In this document: positions 28,512-36,401 of the stretch, one piece after another
How the letters are laid out: the number at the start of each line of letters is the position of its first letter
How positions within the stretch are numbered: the first letter of the stretch is position 1
Source: a virus
DNA length: 64,000 nt
IMG/VR virus record: IMGVR_UViG_3300050821_011467
Coordinates: 1-64,000 of that record
Strand: one strand, 5' to 3'
Notes under the pieces: generated by a model
The model's input: the letters and a program-made list of their open reading frames with translations, nothing else
What the model was told of the DNA's origin: nothing
The model's database searches: none
Position numbers and translations under genes: made by a program

Positions 28512-28676
28512 ATGATGCTCAACCAACGAGTCCCGCTCAACATCGATCCCGATCAGTTGCAGGCGATCGACGAGTGGCGGCGCGTGCAGCCGGACCTGCC
28601 GTCGCGATCCGAGGCGATCAGGCGCCTGATCGATATCGCGCTAGATCGTTCGCAGCAGGCCGTGCGCCGACGTTAG
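28512..28676 (+). CDS. Ribbon-helix-helix (CopG-like) regulator, 54 aa, not in ORF track
   Basis: MMLNQRVPLNIDPDQLQAIDEWRRVQPDLPSRSEAIRRLIDIAL; divergent from the peptide/MFS cassette. Confidence 0.8.
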   Translation: MMLNQRVPLNIDPDQLQAIDEWRRVQPDLPSRSEAIRRLIDIALDRSQQAVRRR

Positions 28677-29419
28677 CTAAGCGGTTCGACGAGCTGACGC
28701 ACCAGGCGGTGGCGCAATTCGTTCTCGGCCTTGAGGCTCAGCAGCTCAGCGTCGCCCGCGCGCTGCAGCATCAGCTCGAGCTCCAGCATCTGCCAGTTGA
28801 CGATGATCTCGCGGCTGCCGAGGCTGGCGCGCACCAATTCCAGCTCGACCGCATCAGCCGGCGGGCCGCCGATCAGCCCGATCAGTCGCCGCGCCGTCGG
28901 GTGATCGAGCACGCCATCGGCGATCGCCTCGTCGAGCGCAATTCCGCTCAGCACGCACAACCGCAGCGCTACCAGAAATTGACGCAGATCGCCCGGCGGA
29001 CGCAATAGACGGTAATCGTCCAGCGCGTACGAATCGGCAACCTGATGTTCGCCCGACGTTCTTGTTGCCGGGTCGGCGGCGACAGGATTATCCTGCCCGT
29101 TTAGGCGGCGCTGCAAGGAGACCGGTCCCCCCGAACCAATCAACCCAGAAATACTTCCACACACCAAAAACCCCCGTTGGCGCGGGGGTTGGCGATCTCG
29201 GTGAAGATCGGAAAAGCTGTAGACAGCGGCTTTTTCCCATTTTCCCGAAAAATAATCAAGCGAATTTTTCGTGACGCCTAAAGTGCGCCCGAATTTCCGC
29301 TGATTTGCTCGCCAGCCCAACAGCTTCCGGGATTTTTTATAAGGAGGCTGAACGCGTGCGACAGGCAAATAATCCGAATATTTTTGGGCTGGCGATTCGG
29401 TTATGAGCGGGCTCGGCAC
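28673..29419 (-). CDS. Hypothetical protein; true start probably near 29040-29100
   Basis: C-terminal ~120 aa look protein-like; the 5' part crosses an A/T-tract region that is probably intergenic. Confidence 0.35.
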   Translation of the reverse strand: MPSPLITESPAQKYSDYLPVARVQPPYKKSRKLLGWRANQRKFGRTLGVTKNSLDYFSGKWEKAAVYSFSDLHRDRQPPRQRGFLVCGSISGLIGSGGPVSLQRRLNGQDNPVAADPATRTSGEHQVADSYALDDYRLLRPPGDLRQFLVALRLCVLSGIALDEAIADGVLDHPTARRLIGLIGGPPADAVELELVRASLGSREIIVNWQMLELELMLQRAGDAELLSLKAENELRHRLVRQLVEPLS

Positions 29420-31001
29420 CGGCTACACCAACGGCCGCGACAAATCCGGCAACGGCTTTCACCACCCGTCGGGGATTGACCCGCTACCGGTGGGGATGAT
29501 CCCGGCGAACGATCACCTCGAGCAGCAGCTGCTCGCCGCGCTCCTCAACGACAACCAGCGAGTCGCTGATGTCGGCAAGCTCAAGCCCGAGCACTTTGGA
29601 CTCGCCGTGCATGGCCGCATCTTTGAGTTGATCCGCTATCTGGTCGACGACGACCTGCCGGCCGCCCCCCAAACCATGAGCTACATGGTCAAGGACGATA
29701 TCGCGCTCGCCGACCGGGTCGATTATCTCGGCTCGCTCGCCCGTTCATCGATTTCCTACACTTCGCACGCGGTCACTCACTACGCCCGCGAGCTTATTAA
29801 CCTCCATTATGCGCGTCTCCTGGCAGGGATCAGCACCGACGCGCCGGCCATTCTGGCTGGCAATGTCAAACAGCCCAGCATGACGCCGCGACTCGAAGCC
29901 ATGCGCAGCGAGTACGAGAACATCTTTCGTGACTGGCGTCAGGATGTTCCCGCAGCCGAGATCGAGCCTGTCCTGTCCCTGGCCGATTGGCTCGAACAGC
30001 CCATTCCCGAGCCCGATTTCTTGTTGGGCGAGCTGATCTCGACAACCTCCCGCATGATGCTGATCGGACCCACTGGCCTGGGCAAGACCAATGTCCTGAT
30101 GGCAATGGGAATGGCAATCTCGCTCGGCAGTTCGTTTCTGCATTGGAAAGGCTGTGGGCGAGCTCGTAAGGTGTTGTTTATCGACGGCGAAATGTCCAAG
30201 CGCCAATTAAAGAAACGCCTCAACGACGCCATTGGCCGTGCCGGGTTCTTCCCCGACACATTTTATGTCCTCAGTGCCGAGGACGCCAATGTCCCGCTGT
30301 TGCTCGACACGGCCGAAGGGCAGCAGCTTATCGACCATCACATCGAGCGGCTTGGCGGTGTCGACCTGATAATTTTCGACAATATCAATTGCCTGTTTAG
30401 CCGTGACGACAGCTTTGGCGCCGACAGCTGGGCCGCCGGCCAAACTTGGCGGCTCGACCTGACCCGCCGCGGCATCGGGCAAATCTACGCCCATCACACA
30501 GGCCAGGATGAAACCCACGGCTACGGCACCAAGACCCGCGAGTGGGCGCTCGACACCGTCGGCATCATGGAAAAGCTCGAAGACGCGGCCCTGGTCGCCT
30601 TCAGCCTTAAATTCGCCAAGGCCCGCGAGCGCGGACCCGACAACTTCGCCGACTTCGAGGACGCCAAGATCACCCTGGCAGATGACCGATGGGCCTATGA
30701 GCGTGGGGATGATGAGGGTATCGTTAATCGGACCCGGGGCCGACCGAGCAAGCTCGAAGACATTGCGCTGCGAGCGCTTGATGACGCTCTTGCTAGCCCG
30801 CTCGCTGCCCCTCACCCCCATCCCAAGATCCAGGGCAAGCTTTGCGTTACCCGTGATCTCTGGTGTCGGCATTTCAAGCAAATCTATGTCGGCGATGCCG
30901 ATGAAAAGTCAGTCCTGCGGGCCTTTCGGATGTACGCCAACAAGTTGCAGGCCGCGAACCGCGTTGGACACTTGGAGGGCTTTGTATGGGTGAACAAATA
31001 G
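29403..31001 (+). CDS. Replication helicase: DnaB-like N-terminal domain + RepA/AAA_25-type ATPase
   Basis: EQQLLAALL.DN...LKPEHF...HGRIF (DnaB N-term); Walker A GPTGLGKT; VLFIDGEM; IIFDN; AHHTG. Confidence 0.85.
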   Translation: MSGLGTGYTNGRDKSGNGFHHPSGIDPLPVGMIPANDHLEQQLLAALLNDNQRVADVGKLKPEHFGLAVHGRIFELIRYLVDDDLPAAPQTMSYMVKDDIALADRVDYLGSLARSSISYTSHAVTHYARELINLHYARLLAGISTDAPAILAGNVKQPSMTPRLEAMRSEYENIFRDWRQDVPAAEIEPVLSLADWLEQPIPEPDFLLGELISTTSRMMLIGPTGLGKTNVLMAMGMAISLGSSFLHWKGCGRARKVLFIDGEMSKRQLKKRLNDAIGRAGFFPDTFYVLSAEDANVPLLLDTAEGQQLIDHHIERLGGVDLIIFDNINCLFSRDDSFGADSWAAGQTWRLDLTRRGIGQIYAHHTGQDETHGYGTKTREWALDTVGIMEKLEDAALVAFSLKFAKARERGPDNFADFEDAKITLADDRWAYERGDDEGIVNRTRGRPSKLEDIALRALDDALASPLAAPHPHPKIQGKLCVTRDLWCRHFKQIYVGDADEKSVLRAFRMYANKLQAANRVGHLEGFVWVNK

Positions 31002-31140
31002 GGGGCGGAAAAAAAGGAAAAAATTCTTTCCGGAATAAATTCCGCATGCGGAAAAAAACCTCCTCTAAAGAGGAGAGGTTTTTTTTCCGCTGGTGATGCC
31101 CGGAATAAATTCCGCTGCCGGATTTTTTTCCGCTTTTGCA
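31002..31140. other. Candidate replication origin (palindromes and iteron-like repeats)
   Basis: Near-perfect inverted repeat GCGGAAAAAAACCTC...GAGGTTTTTTTTCCGC flanked by two copies of CCGGAATAAATTCCGC, directly after the helicase gene. Confidence 0.55.
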
Positions 31141-31168
31141 TATCGTAGGTTGAATAAAGGAATGAGCC

Positions 31169-31426
31169 ATGGCAACGAAGGAATTTGAGAGACGCGCCTG
31201 CGATCGATGTGGGCACGAAGTCGAAATTCAAGGAGCGAGCACCACAACCCGCAACCCGCCAGGTGGGTGGGCCACGCTCCTAGCGCTGGAGGTTGTCCCG
31301 AACACGAACGTGCGGAGGCTGATCATTGGGCGGGTGACAAGTCGCGGTGACCACGACGGAATCGATCTCTGCCCCGATTGCGCGGGGATCTTAAAAGACT
31401 GGTGGGGTGGGCGGGGCGTTTCATGA
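31169..31426 (+). CDS. Zn-ribbon small phage protein
   Basis: CDRCG...DLCPDC. Confidence 0.7.
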   Translation: MATKEFERRACDRCGHEVEIQGASTTTRNPPGGWATLLALEVVPNTNVRRLIIGRVTSRGDHDGIDLCPDCAGILKDWWGGRGVS

Positions 31427-31473
31427 CCCCCCATCCTTGCCAAATTTGACGCGTCTCGCGTGAGGAGAAATCG

Positions 31474-31707
31474 ATGAGCCGCTGGACCGAGTTCGTCCGC
31501 CACCTGCCGGTCGCCCGGCCGGGTGAGGCGATCGACTTTGTCATCTGCGTTCCGTGCGGCGATGGGCACCCGCTGATCTTGCTCGACAACGAGATCGCCG
31601 ATTGCTGCAAGTGCGGCATCCGCGTCCAATTCCGCCCCGAGTGTCCGCCAGCCCCAAAGGTCTGCGTCGGGTGCGCTGTGGCGATCGCGAAGGAGCAGGG
31701 GCTGTGA
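31474..31707 (+). CDS. Cys-rich small phage protein
   Basis: GAGGAG RBS; CCKCG, CVGC. Confidence 0.65.
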   Translation: MSRWTEFVRHLPVARPGEAIDFVICVPCGDGHPLILLDNEIADCCKCGIRVQFRPECPPAPKVCVGCAVAIAKEQGL

Positions 31708-31780
31708 AAATCGAGGCCAAAAATCTGCGGGTGCGCTATCGCGGCGGCACACCGGGTCTGCCCTGAAAGGACAACTTTTA

Positions 31781-32074
31781 ATGTTCAACGTCGAAATGAA
31801 TGCCGCCCAGCTAATCGTGCACCTCAACGAGCCGATGATTGCCGCGACGGCGCTGGTCGCCGGCACAAGCACCTTGATCGCGCTCAATTTGCGTCGGCTG
31901 CGGCCCTACCTGCAATGCGCCGCAGTGGTGGCACTAATGCTGGCAAACGGCGCGATGATGGCGCTTTTTGTGCGAACCGCACAACTCAACGATACTCGCG
32001 CTTACGCTGAGGCGAAGGCGCATCATCCCGAGCTCTTGCGCTATTGGCACCCAGATATCGAGACTGTCGAATGA
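31781..32074 (+). CDS. Small membrane protein
   Basis: AAGGA RBS; two hydrophobic segments. Confidence 0.5.
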   Translation: MFNVEMNAAQLIVHLNEPMIAATALVAGTSTLIALNLRRLRPYLQCAAVVALMLANGAMMALFVRTAQLNDTRAYAEAKAHHPELLRYWHPDIETVE

Positions 32075-32481
32075 TCTCGATTGCCGAGGCGGCGGCTCCG
32101 GTGATCGACAACCTGCGCCGCGTCGTCGAGCTGCGCGAATTAATCGAGGCGCTCGACCGGGGTGCAGGGCCAGCGGGGATGCCGGTGCGGCGCTGGCACA
32201 ATCTGCTCGACGACAGCGCGATGTTTTTTGCCGATGATCCGGGCTGGGGCTTGTTGGCCTTGGACCTTGGCTGGACCCCCCGCCAGCTGCTCGGTGCCAA
32301 TCGCACCAAGCCCTATGCCCGGATCGACCAGCAGGGTCTGCTGTGGTTGGTCGCGGGCAACCACATCGAATATCTCGACGAGGCTGGTTGCGTGCTGATC
32401 ACCCGCTCGAACTCGTTTCTGACGTACCGGGCTCGACCGCACCCGCTCGAGGAAATTTGTATGCCGTGGGAATTCACATGA
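32071..32481 (+). CDS. Hypothetical phage protein
   Basis: F...WG..AL.LGW....L.G......ARID..GLLW pattern; ATGA coupling. Confidence 0.65.
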   Translation: MISIAEAAAPVIDNLRRVVELRELIEALDRGAGPAGMPVRRWHNLLDDSAMFFADDPGWGLLALDLGWTPRQLLGANRTKPYARIDQQGLLWLVAGNHIEYLDEAGCVLITRSNSFLTYRARPHPLEEICMPWEFT

Positions 32482-32729
32482 TCGGCACATCGAAAACCCG
32501 CGAGATCATCGCGATCGTCGAGCAGATCAAGCCGCTGCTGGCCGGGCAAAAGCCCGAGGTCATTGCCGCCGTCCTCGCCGACCTGATGGCGATCCTGCTA
32601 GCCGGGCATTACGCCGAGGGCGACGAAAACGAGACCCGTAAAATGCGCGCCGAATTGTTGGCGATGCACTGTGCCAAGGTCCGCGAGCTGACGAGGATCA
32701 ACGCCGAGATCATGGGAACCACGCCATGA
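32478..32729 (+). CDS. Hypothetical phage protein
   Basis: IKPLLAGQ.PEV..AVLADL.A.LLAGH; ATGA coupling. Confidence 0.65.
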   Translation: MIGTSKTREIIAIVEQIKPLLAGQKPEVIAAVLADLMAILLAGHYAEGDENETRKMRAELLAMHCAKVRELTRINAEIMGTTP

Positions 32730-33001
32730 GGGAGAAGCCGATGCTCAAACGCGCGACGATCCGCCCGGCCCAGCCTCGCCCAAAGGTGCACGAAATTGGC
32801 GTCGGCGCGCATGTCATCGCCGCGGTACATGGCGACGGCAAGCTGCGCATCAACTGGCCCCAGGTTGAGGCTCTGGCTAGCGAGGCGGTTCCCCCTGCGA
32901 GTTTTGACATCATGCTCGACAGCGTGGCCGCGGCGCGAGTGCTCGCTCGCCTGCTGATCGTCGCCCGCAGCTCCGCGCAAGACGGATTAAATGCCCGCTA
33001 A
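32726..33001 (+). CDS. Hypothetical protein
   Basis: ATGA coupling; last gene before the array leader. Confidence 0.55.
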   Translation: MREKPMLKRATIRPAQPRPKVHEIGVGAHVIAAVHGDGKLRINWPQVEALASEAVPPASFDIMLDSVAAARVLARLLIVARSSAQDGLNAR

Positions 33002-33100
33002 GGCCGATTTGCCGGCCGCTGAGTGGCCTTGGCACCGGTGGTCGTGTGGGGGTTCCCCGTCCGGGCGAGAAACGCGCCCCACGGGCTCCGTAGGGGTTTC

Positions 33101-33655
33101 GAGCGAGCCATGAAGGTCGAGAGCACCATTTGAGGAGAGCGAGCCACTACAAGCGAGAGCACCAGAACGTCGGAGCGATCCACATTCCGCGAGAGCACCA
33201 AAGATCGAGAGCGAGCGCGAGCCACTGAGTGAGAGAGTACCAAAGGCGTTGAGCGAGCCAAGGTCAATGAGAGCACCACATTCGGCGAGCGAGCCAGAAT
33301 TGCTGAGAGCGCCATAATCGAGGAGCGAGCCACACCGCGGGAGAGCACCAAAAAGGCCGAGCGAGCCACGTTTGGTGAGAGCACCACAGAGGACGAGCGA
33401 GCCAGGAGGTCCGAGAGTACCAGGGGCCCAGAGCGAGCCAAAACGGAGGAGAGCACCAGGGGGCGTGAGCGAGCCATAACGGCAGAGAGCACCATGGTAA
33501 TTGAGCGAGCCACTGAAGGTGAGAGCACCACTGAAGGAGGAGCGAGCCACGCGCCAGGAGAGCACCACGGAATTTGAGCGAGCCAAAGCGTACGAGAGCA
33601 CCAGTGTCGTAGAGCGAGCCATAACGGCAGAGAGCACCATAAAAGCAGAGCGAGG
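33101..33655 (+). repeat. TIGR-type dual-repeat guide-RNA array, upstream part (15 units of 36 nt)
   Basis: GAGCGAGCCA and GAGAGCACCA alternate, separated by variable 8-nt spacers; only one 6-nt and one 1-nt insertion disturb the period; ends in a partial repeat GAGCGAGG. Confidence 0.9.
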
Positions 33656-33661
33656 AAAAAG

Positions 33662-34459
33662 ATGGCCAACATAGATCTTGAGCCGGTAAGGCGACTGAGT
33701 CGCGATATTCGCCAGGCGGCGCTGGTATTGGGCGACGAAGAAGCCCGCTACCTATGTGATGCTTATTACATCATGCAGGACGACAGAAAGCGGACGTTCG
33801 CGCAGCAACGCACGCTCGGCGAGAACGCCGAGCCCAATCTCGTGATAGGATGGCTGGCCGATCAATCGGCGACACTGGAAACTCAAATCAAGTCGGCATT
33901 GGATGTCTATACCAAAGGCCACGAAATGGGTTCTTGGATGCGGTCGATCTATGGCGTGGGGCCCGTGATCAGCGCCGGCCTGTTGGCGCATATCGACATT
34001 GAGAAATGTCCGACCGTGGGTCACATCTGGCAATTCGCCGGCATTGCCGGGGCTGGTCAAAAGCCCTGGGACAGGGGCACCAAGCGCCCCTTCAACGCCC
34101 AGCTCAAAACTTTATGCTGGAAGGCCGGGCAGTCGTTCATGAAGTTCTCCAATCAGGAGGAGTGCGTTTACGGGCGCCACTATCGAGAGCAAAAAGCCAA
34201 ATACATTGCCAAGAATGATGCTGACGGCTTCCGCGATCGTGCATTAGAACGCGCCCCCAAGGTCGGCAAGACCACAGAAGCCTTTAAGCATTACAGCATC
34301 GGCAAGTTGCCGCCCGGCCATATCGACGCAATGGCTCGGCGCTGGGCTGTAAAGCTGTTCCTCGCGCATCTGCACAGTGAATGGCACCAGCGGCATTTTG
34401 GCAGGCCCGCGCCGCTACCGTATCCGATCGCCGTTCTTGGGCACGCCCATATAATCTAG
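33662..34459 (+). CDS. tasA: TasA-like Nop-domain RNA-binding protein (IS110/Nop related, no nuclease domain)
   Basis: Helical N-terminus, then SIYGVGPVISAGLLAHIDIEKCPTVGHIWQFAG and C-terminal HIDAMARRWAVKLFLAHL, resembling the IS110 C-terminal/Nop fold; no RuvC (DEDD), HNH or catalytic SG motif seen; flanked by the array. Confidence 0.8.
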   Translation: MANIDLEPVRRLSRDIRQAALVLGDEEARYLCDAYYIMQDDRKRTFAQQRTLGENAEPNLVIGWLADQSATLETQIKSALDVYTKGHEMGSWMRSIYGVGPVISAGLLAHIDIEKCPTVGHIWQFAGIAGAGQKPWDRGTKRPFNAQLKTLCWKAGQSFMKFSNQEECVYGRHYREQKAKYIAKNDADGFRDRALERAPKVGKTTEAFKHYSIGKLPPGHIDAMARRWAVKLFLAHLHSEWHQRHFGRPAPLPYPIAVLGHAHII

Positions 34460-34638
34460 CCAAATGGAGAGCACCAAAACGCACGAGCGAGCCACTACAA
34501 CAGAGAGTACCAGGGGGCGTGAGCGAGCCACGCCGCAGGAGAGCACCACGGGATCTGAGCGAGCCAAGGGGTGGGAGAGCACCATTGGTCATGAGCGAGC
34601 CAAGGTTTGAGAGAGCACCAGAAACCCCGAGCGAGCCA
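34458..34638 (+). repeat. TIGR-type array, downstream part (10 repeats at exact 18-nt spacing)
   Basis: Same two repeats alternate from 34467 to 34638; partial AGCCA overlaps the tas stop codon. Confidence 0.9.
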
Positions 34639-34662
34639 GCGCCCTATCGAGAACATGGGGAA

Positions 34663-34863
34663 ATGACGACCGAAAACGATGATCTAGCGTGGACAGAAGT
34701 TGCTCGTTTCTACCTCTACGAGGCGAGCATAACCGATGATTTCGACGAAAGGCGGAAGTTACAGAAAAAAGCTGAATCCGCCTTGAGGAGATGCCTGAAT
34801 CCCGAGACGGTTAGGATGCAGCTTACGGGAACTGTATATCGTGACGATATTCCACAGGATTGA
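34663..34863 (+). CDS. Small acidic hypothetical protein directly after the array
   Basis: GGGG RBS; MTTENDDLAWTEVARFYL... Confidence 0.6.
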   Translation: MTTENDDLAWTEVARFYLYEASITDDFDERRKLQKKAESALRRCLNPETVRMQLTGTVYRDDIPQD

Positions 34864-34884
34864 CGCGGAATATTTTGCGGGTTA

Positions 34885-35457
34885 GTGGCTGCGGGTGTGA
34901 CCCGCCGTCGCCTAAAAGCCCGCCGCGACCGCCGCGGGCGCCCCCGTAAAGCCACCGCCCGGCATCGTGCGACAACCGTTGCCGGCCGCGCCGCGCCGCC
35001 CGATCTGGGCACCGATGAGCTGCGGCGTCATCGGCTCGCCGCAACCACGCAGAGTGGACTGCCCGACGACCTGTTGGGCGTGCTCTATGGGCGCGCGGTC
35101 ATCGATCTCGAGCAATACACCGCCGGCCGCGACTTTTCCGATGTCGTGCGTCTGGTGCGCCTCGGGCTCGGGCTGACCGAGGCCTCGCCGGCGGGGGCCT
35201 GGCGCAATATCCTCAGTGCCGCCAGCGCCGGCCGTGCCACGATTGTCGATGTGGCCTATCCCGGTGCCGACAGCGCGCGGCGCGCACTGATCCGCTTTCG
35301 CCGCGAACTCGGGCGGGCTAGCTGGGCCGCGGTCAATGCCGCTGCCGACAATATTTGGCCGATCGGTGAGTTTCCGCGGTTTGTGATGAATTTGCGGCCG
35401 GGGCTGGATTATCTTGCGGTGCGGTTGCCGCTGTCGAGCCGGCGGGTGGCGCGTTAA
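34885..35457 (+). CDS. Basic DNA-binding protein, possible late-gene regulator
   Basis: RRGRPRK AT-hook; L..LY.R..ID..QY.AG motif; last gene of the rightward operon. Confidence 0.55.
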   Translation: MAAGVTRRRLKARRDRRGRPRKATARHRATTVAGRAAPPDLGTDELRRHRLAATTQSGLPDDLLGVLYGRAVIDLEQYTAGRDFSDVVRLVRLGLGLTEASPAGAWRNILSAASAGRATIVDVAYPGADSARRALIRFRRELGRASWAAVNAAADNIWPIGEFPRFVMNLRPGLDYLAVRLPLSSRRVAR

Positions 35458-35467
35458 ACTTCTATCA

Positions 35468-35510
35468 AAATAATAATATTTATTATCGAGCTTCGTGAAT
35501 ATTATTATTT
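35468..35510. promoter_or_regulatory. 13-bp perfect AT-rich inverted repeat, copy 2 of the shared element
   Basis: AAATAATAATATT-N17-AATATTATTATTT; TTGACG -35-like box at 35537 downstream. Confidence 0.55.
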
Positions 35511-35633
35511 TTTATCGGCGTAATTGTAAATTTTGCTTGACGCCCACAAGATATGCCTAACTATGCGAATTAAAGGAGAATGCGGCGGCGTGCCTCCGCA
35601 GCTCCCTCAGCCGATAATCAGCTTAACGATCGC

Positions 35634-35855
35634 TCACGGCTTGCCTCCGGTGAACCCGCGCATGCCGTGGCGCATGGTTCCGTCAGGCTCGTGGTCTTCG
35701 TAGGCAGTTTCCATAGCCTCGATCTCGGCCTTGTGGTCGGCGTCGATGGCGGCAAATGCCTGGTTGATTTCGCGGATGACGGCGGCCCGCAAGGGCACAT
35801 AGTCACCGCGGCTCTCGCTGACCGCGATATGCCAGATTTGCTCACCCAAGGTCAC
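35634..35855 (-). CDS. Small hypothetical protein
   Basis: GTGA-coupled to the upstream gene. Confidence 0.55.
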   Translation of the reverse strand: MTLGEQIWHIAVSESRGDYVPLRAAVIREINQAFAAIDADHKAEIEAMETAYEDHEPDGTMRHGMRGFTGGKP

Positions 35856-36049
35856 GGCAGGCTGTCCCTGGCTGAGCGGCGGATGTAGAGCGGCACCTGG
35901 CGCCACAGCACCGTGGCGTCGAGTGACCGATCGGCCGCGCCCATGCGCCAGGCGCGCAGCTTGCGGGCGCCGCGTCTGGTGGGTTCGATGACATAGGTCT
36001 GGGCGCTGGCAATGTCGGTAACCATCAGCCAGGGCAGGGGCGTCGTCAC
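35852..36049 (-). CDS. Small hypothetical protein
   Basis: Starts in the conserved junction linker. Confidence 0.55.
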   Translation of the reverse strand: MTTPLPWLMVTDIASAQTYVIEPTRRGARKLRAWRMGAADRSLDATVLWRQVPLYIRRSARDSLP

Positions 36050-36219
36050 GGCCGTCCTCCATCGCGCCGTAGCCTCAGATGGATAAAAATGTTGTCGGCG
36101 CTCCTATGCATTCCGGCATCAGTCAGGGTCGTCGCTGCCTGTCGTAGGACTGCGGGCGAATACTGATATTTGTTTGGGTCGTCAGCGATCTCTGTTGCTT
36201 CCCGCAGTTCCTTCGTCAC
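36046..36219 (-). CDS. Small hypothetical protein (57 aa), not in ORF track
   Basis: GTG start in the linker; MTKELREATEIADDPNKYQYSP...RDGGRP. Confidence 0.6.
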   Translation of the reverse strand: MTKELREATEIADDPNKYQYSPAVLRQAATTLTDAGMHRSADNIFIHLRLRRDGGRP

Positions 36220-36401
36220 GGCCGGCCTCCATCGCGCAGCTCGCCGTCCCCTTCAAAGGACCGGGCCAAGATGTCGCGCTCTAGCAGCAGCACATATCCG
36301 CCGTTCGCTTGGGCGTCGTCGCTCGCACGCTTAAACGAGCGATAGAGGCCGAAAGCTCTAGGATTCGTCTTCTCGTCAGTGATGACGATATAGTTCGTCA
36401 C
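36216..36401 (-). CDS. Small hypothetical protein
   Basis: GTG start in the linker; ends LRDGGRP. Confidence 0.6.
   Translation of the reverse strand: MTNYIVITDEKTNPRAFGLYRSFKRASDDAQANGGYVLLLERDILARSFEGDGELRDGGRP

Noticed and set aside
32987-33672. Minus-strand ORFs 32987-33640 and 32998-33672 and the 5' part of 34381-34863, which look like repeat proteins
   Set aside because: They arise from the 18/36-nt periodicity of the array; conservation is at nucleotide level, and indels shift the frame
33662-34459. IS110 transposase / insertion sequence
   Set aside because: No N-terminal DEDD RuvC domain or catalytic serine motif is visible; only the RNA-binding part is similar, and the flanks are a repeat array
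33101-34638. CRISPR array
   Set aside because: Two alternating 10-nt repeats and 8-nt spacers are far too short, and no cas genes are present
33101-34638. Self-targets of guide pairs elsewhere in the window (e.g. spacer CGGAATTT versus AAATTCCG in the origin region)
   Set aside because: Spot checks found only isolated 8-mer matches without the adjacent partner spacer; a systematic search is still needed
35580-35888. Plus-strand ORF with a strong RBS (AAAGGAGA) and upstream TTGACG
   Set aside because: Almost fully antisense to the coupled minus-strand genes and lacks protein-like features; may be a truncated remnant, so not called as a CDS
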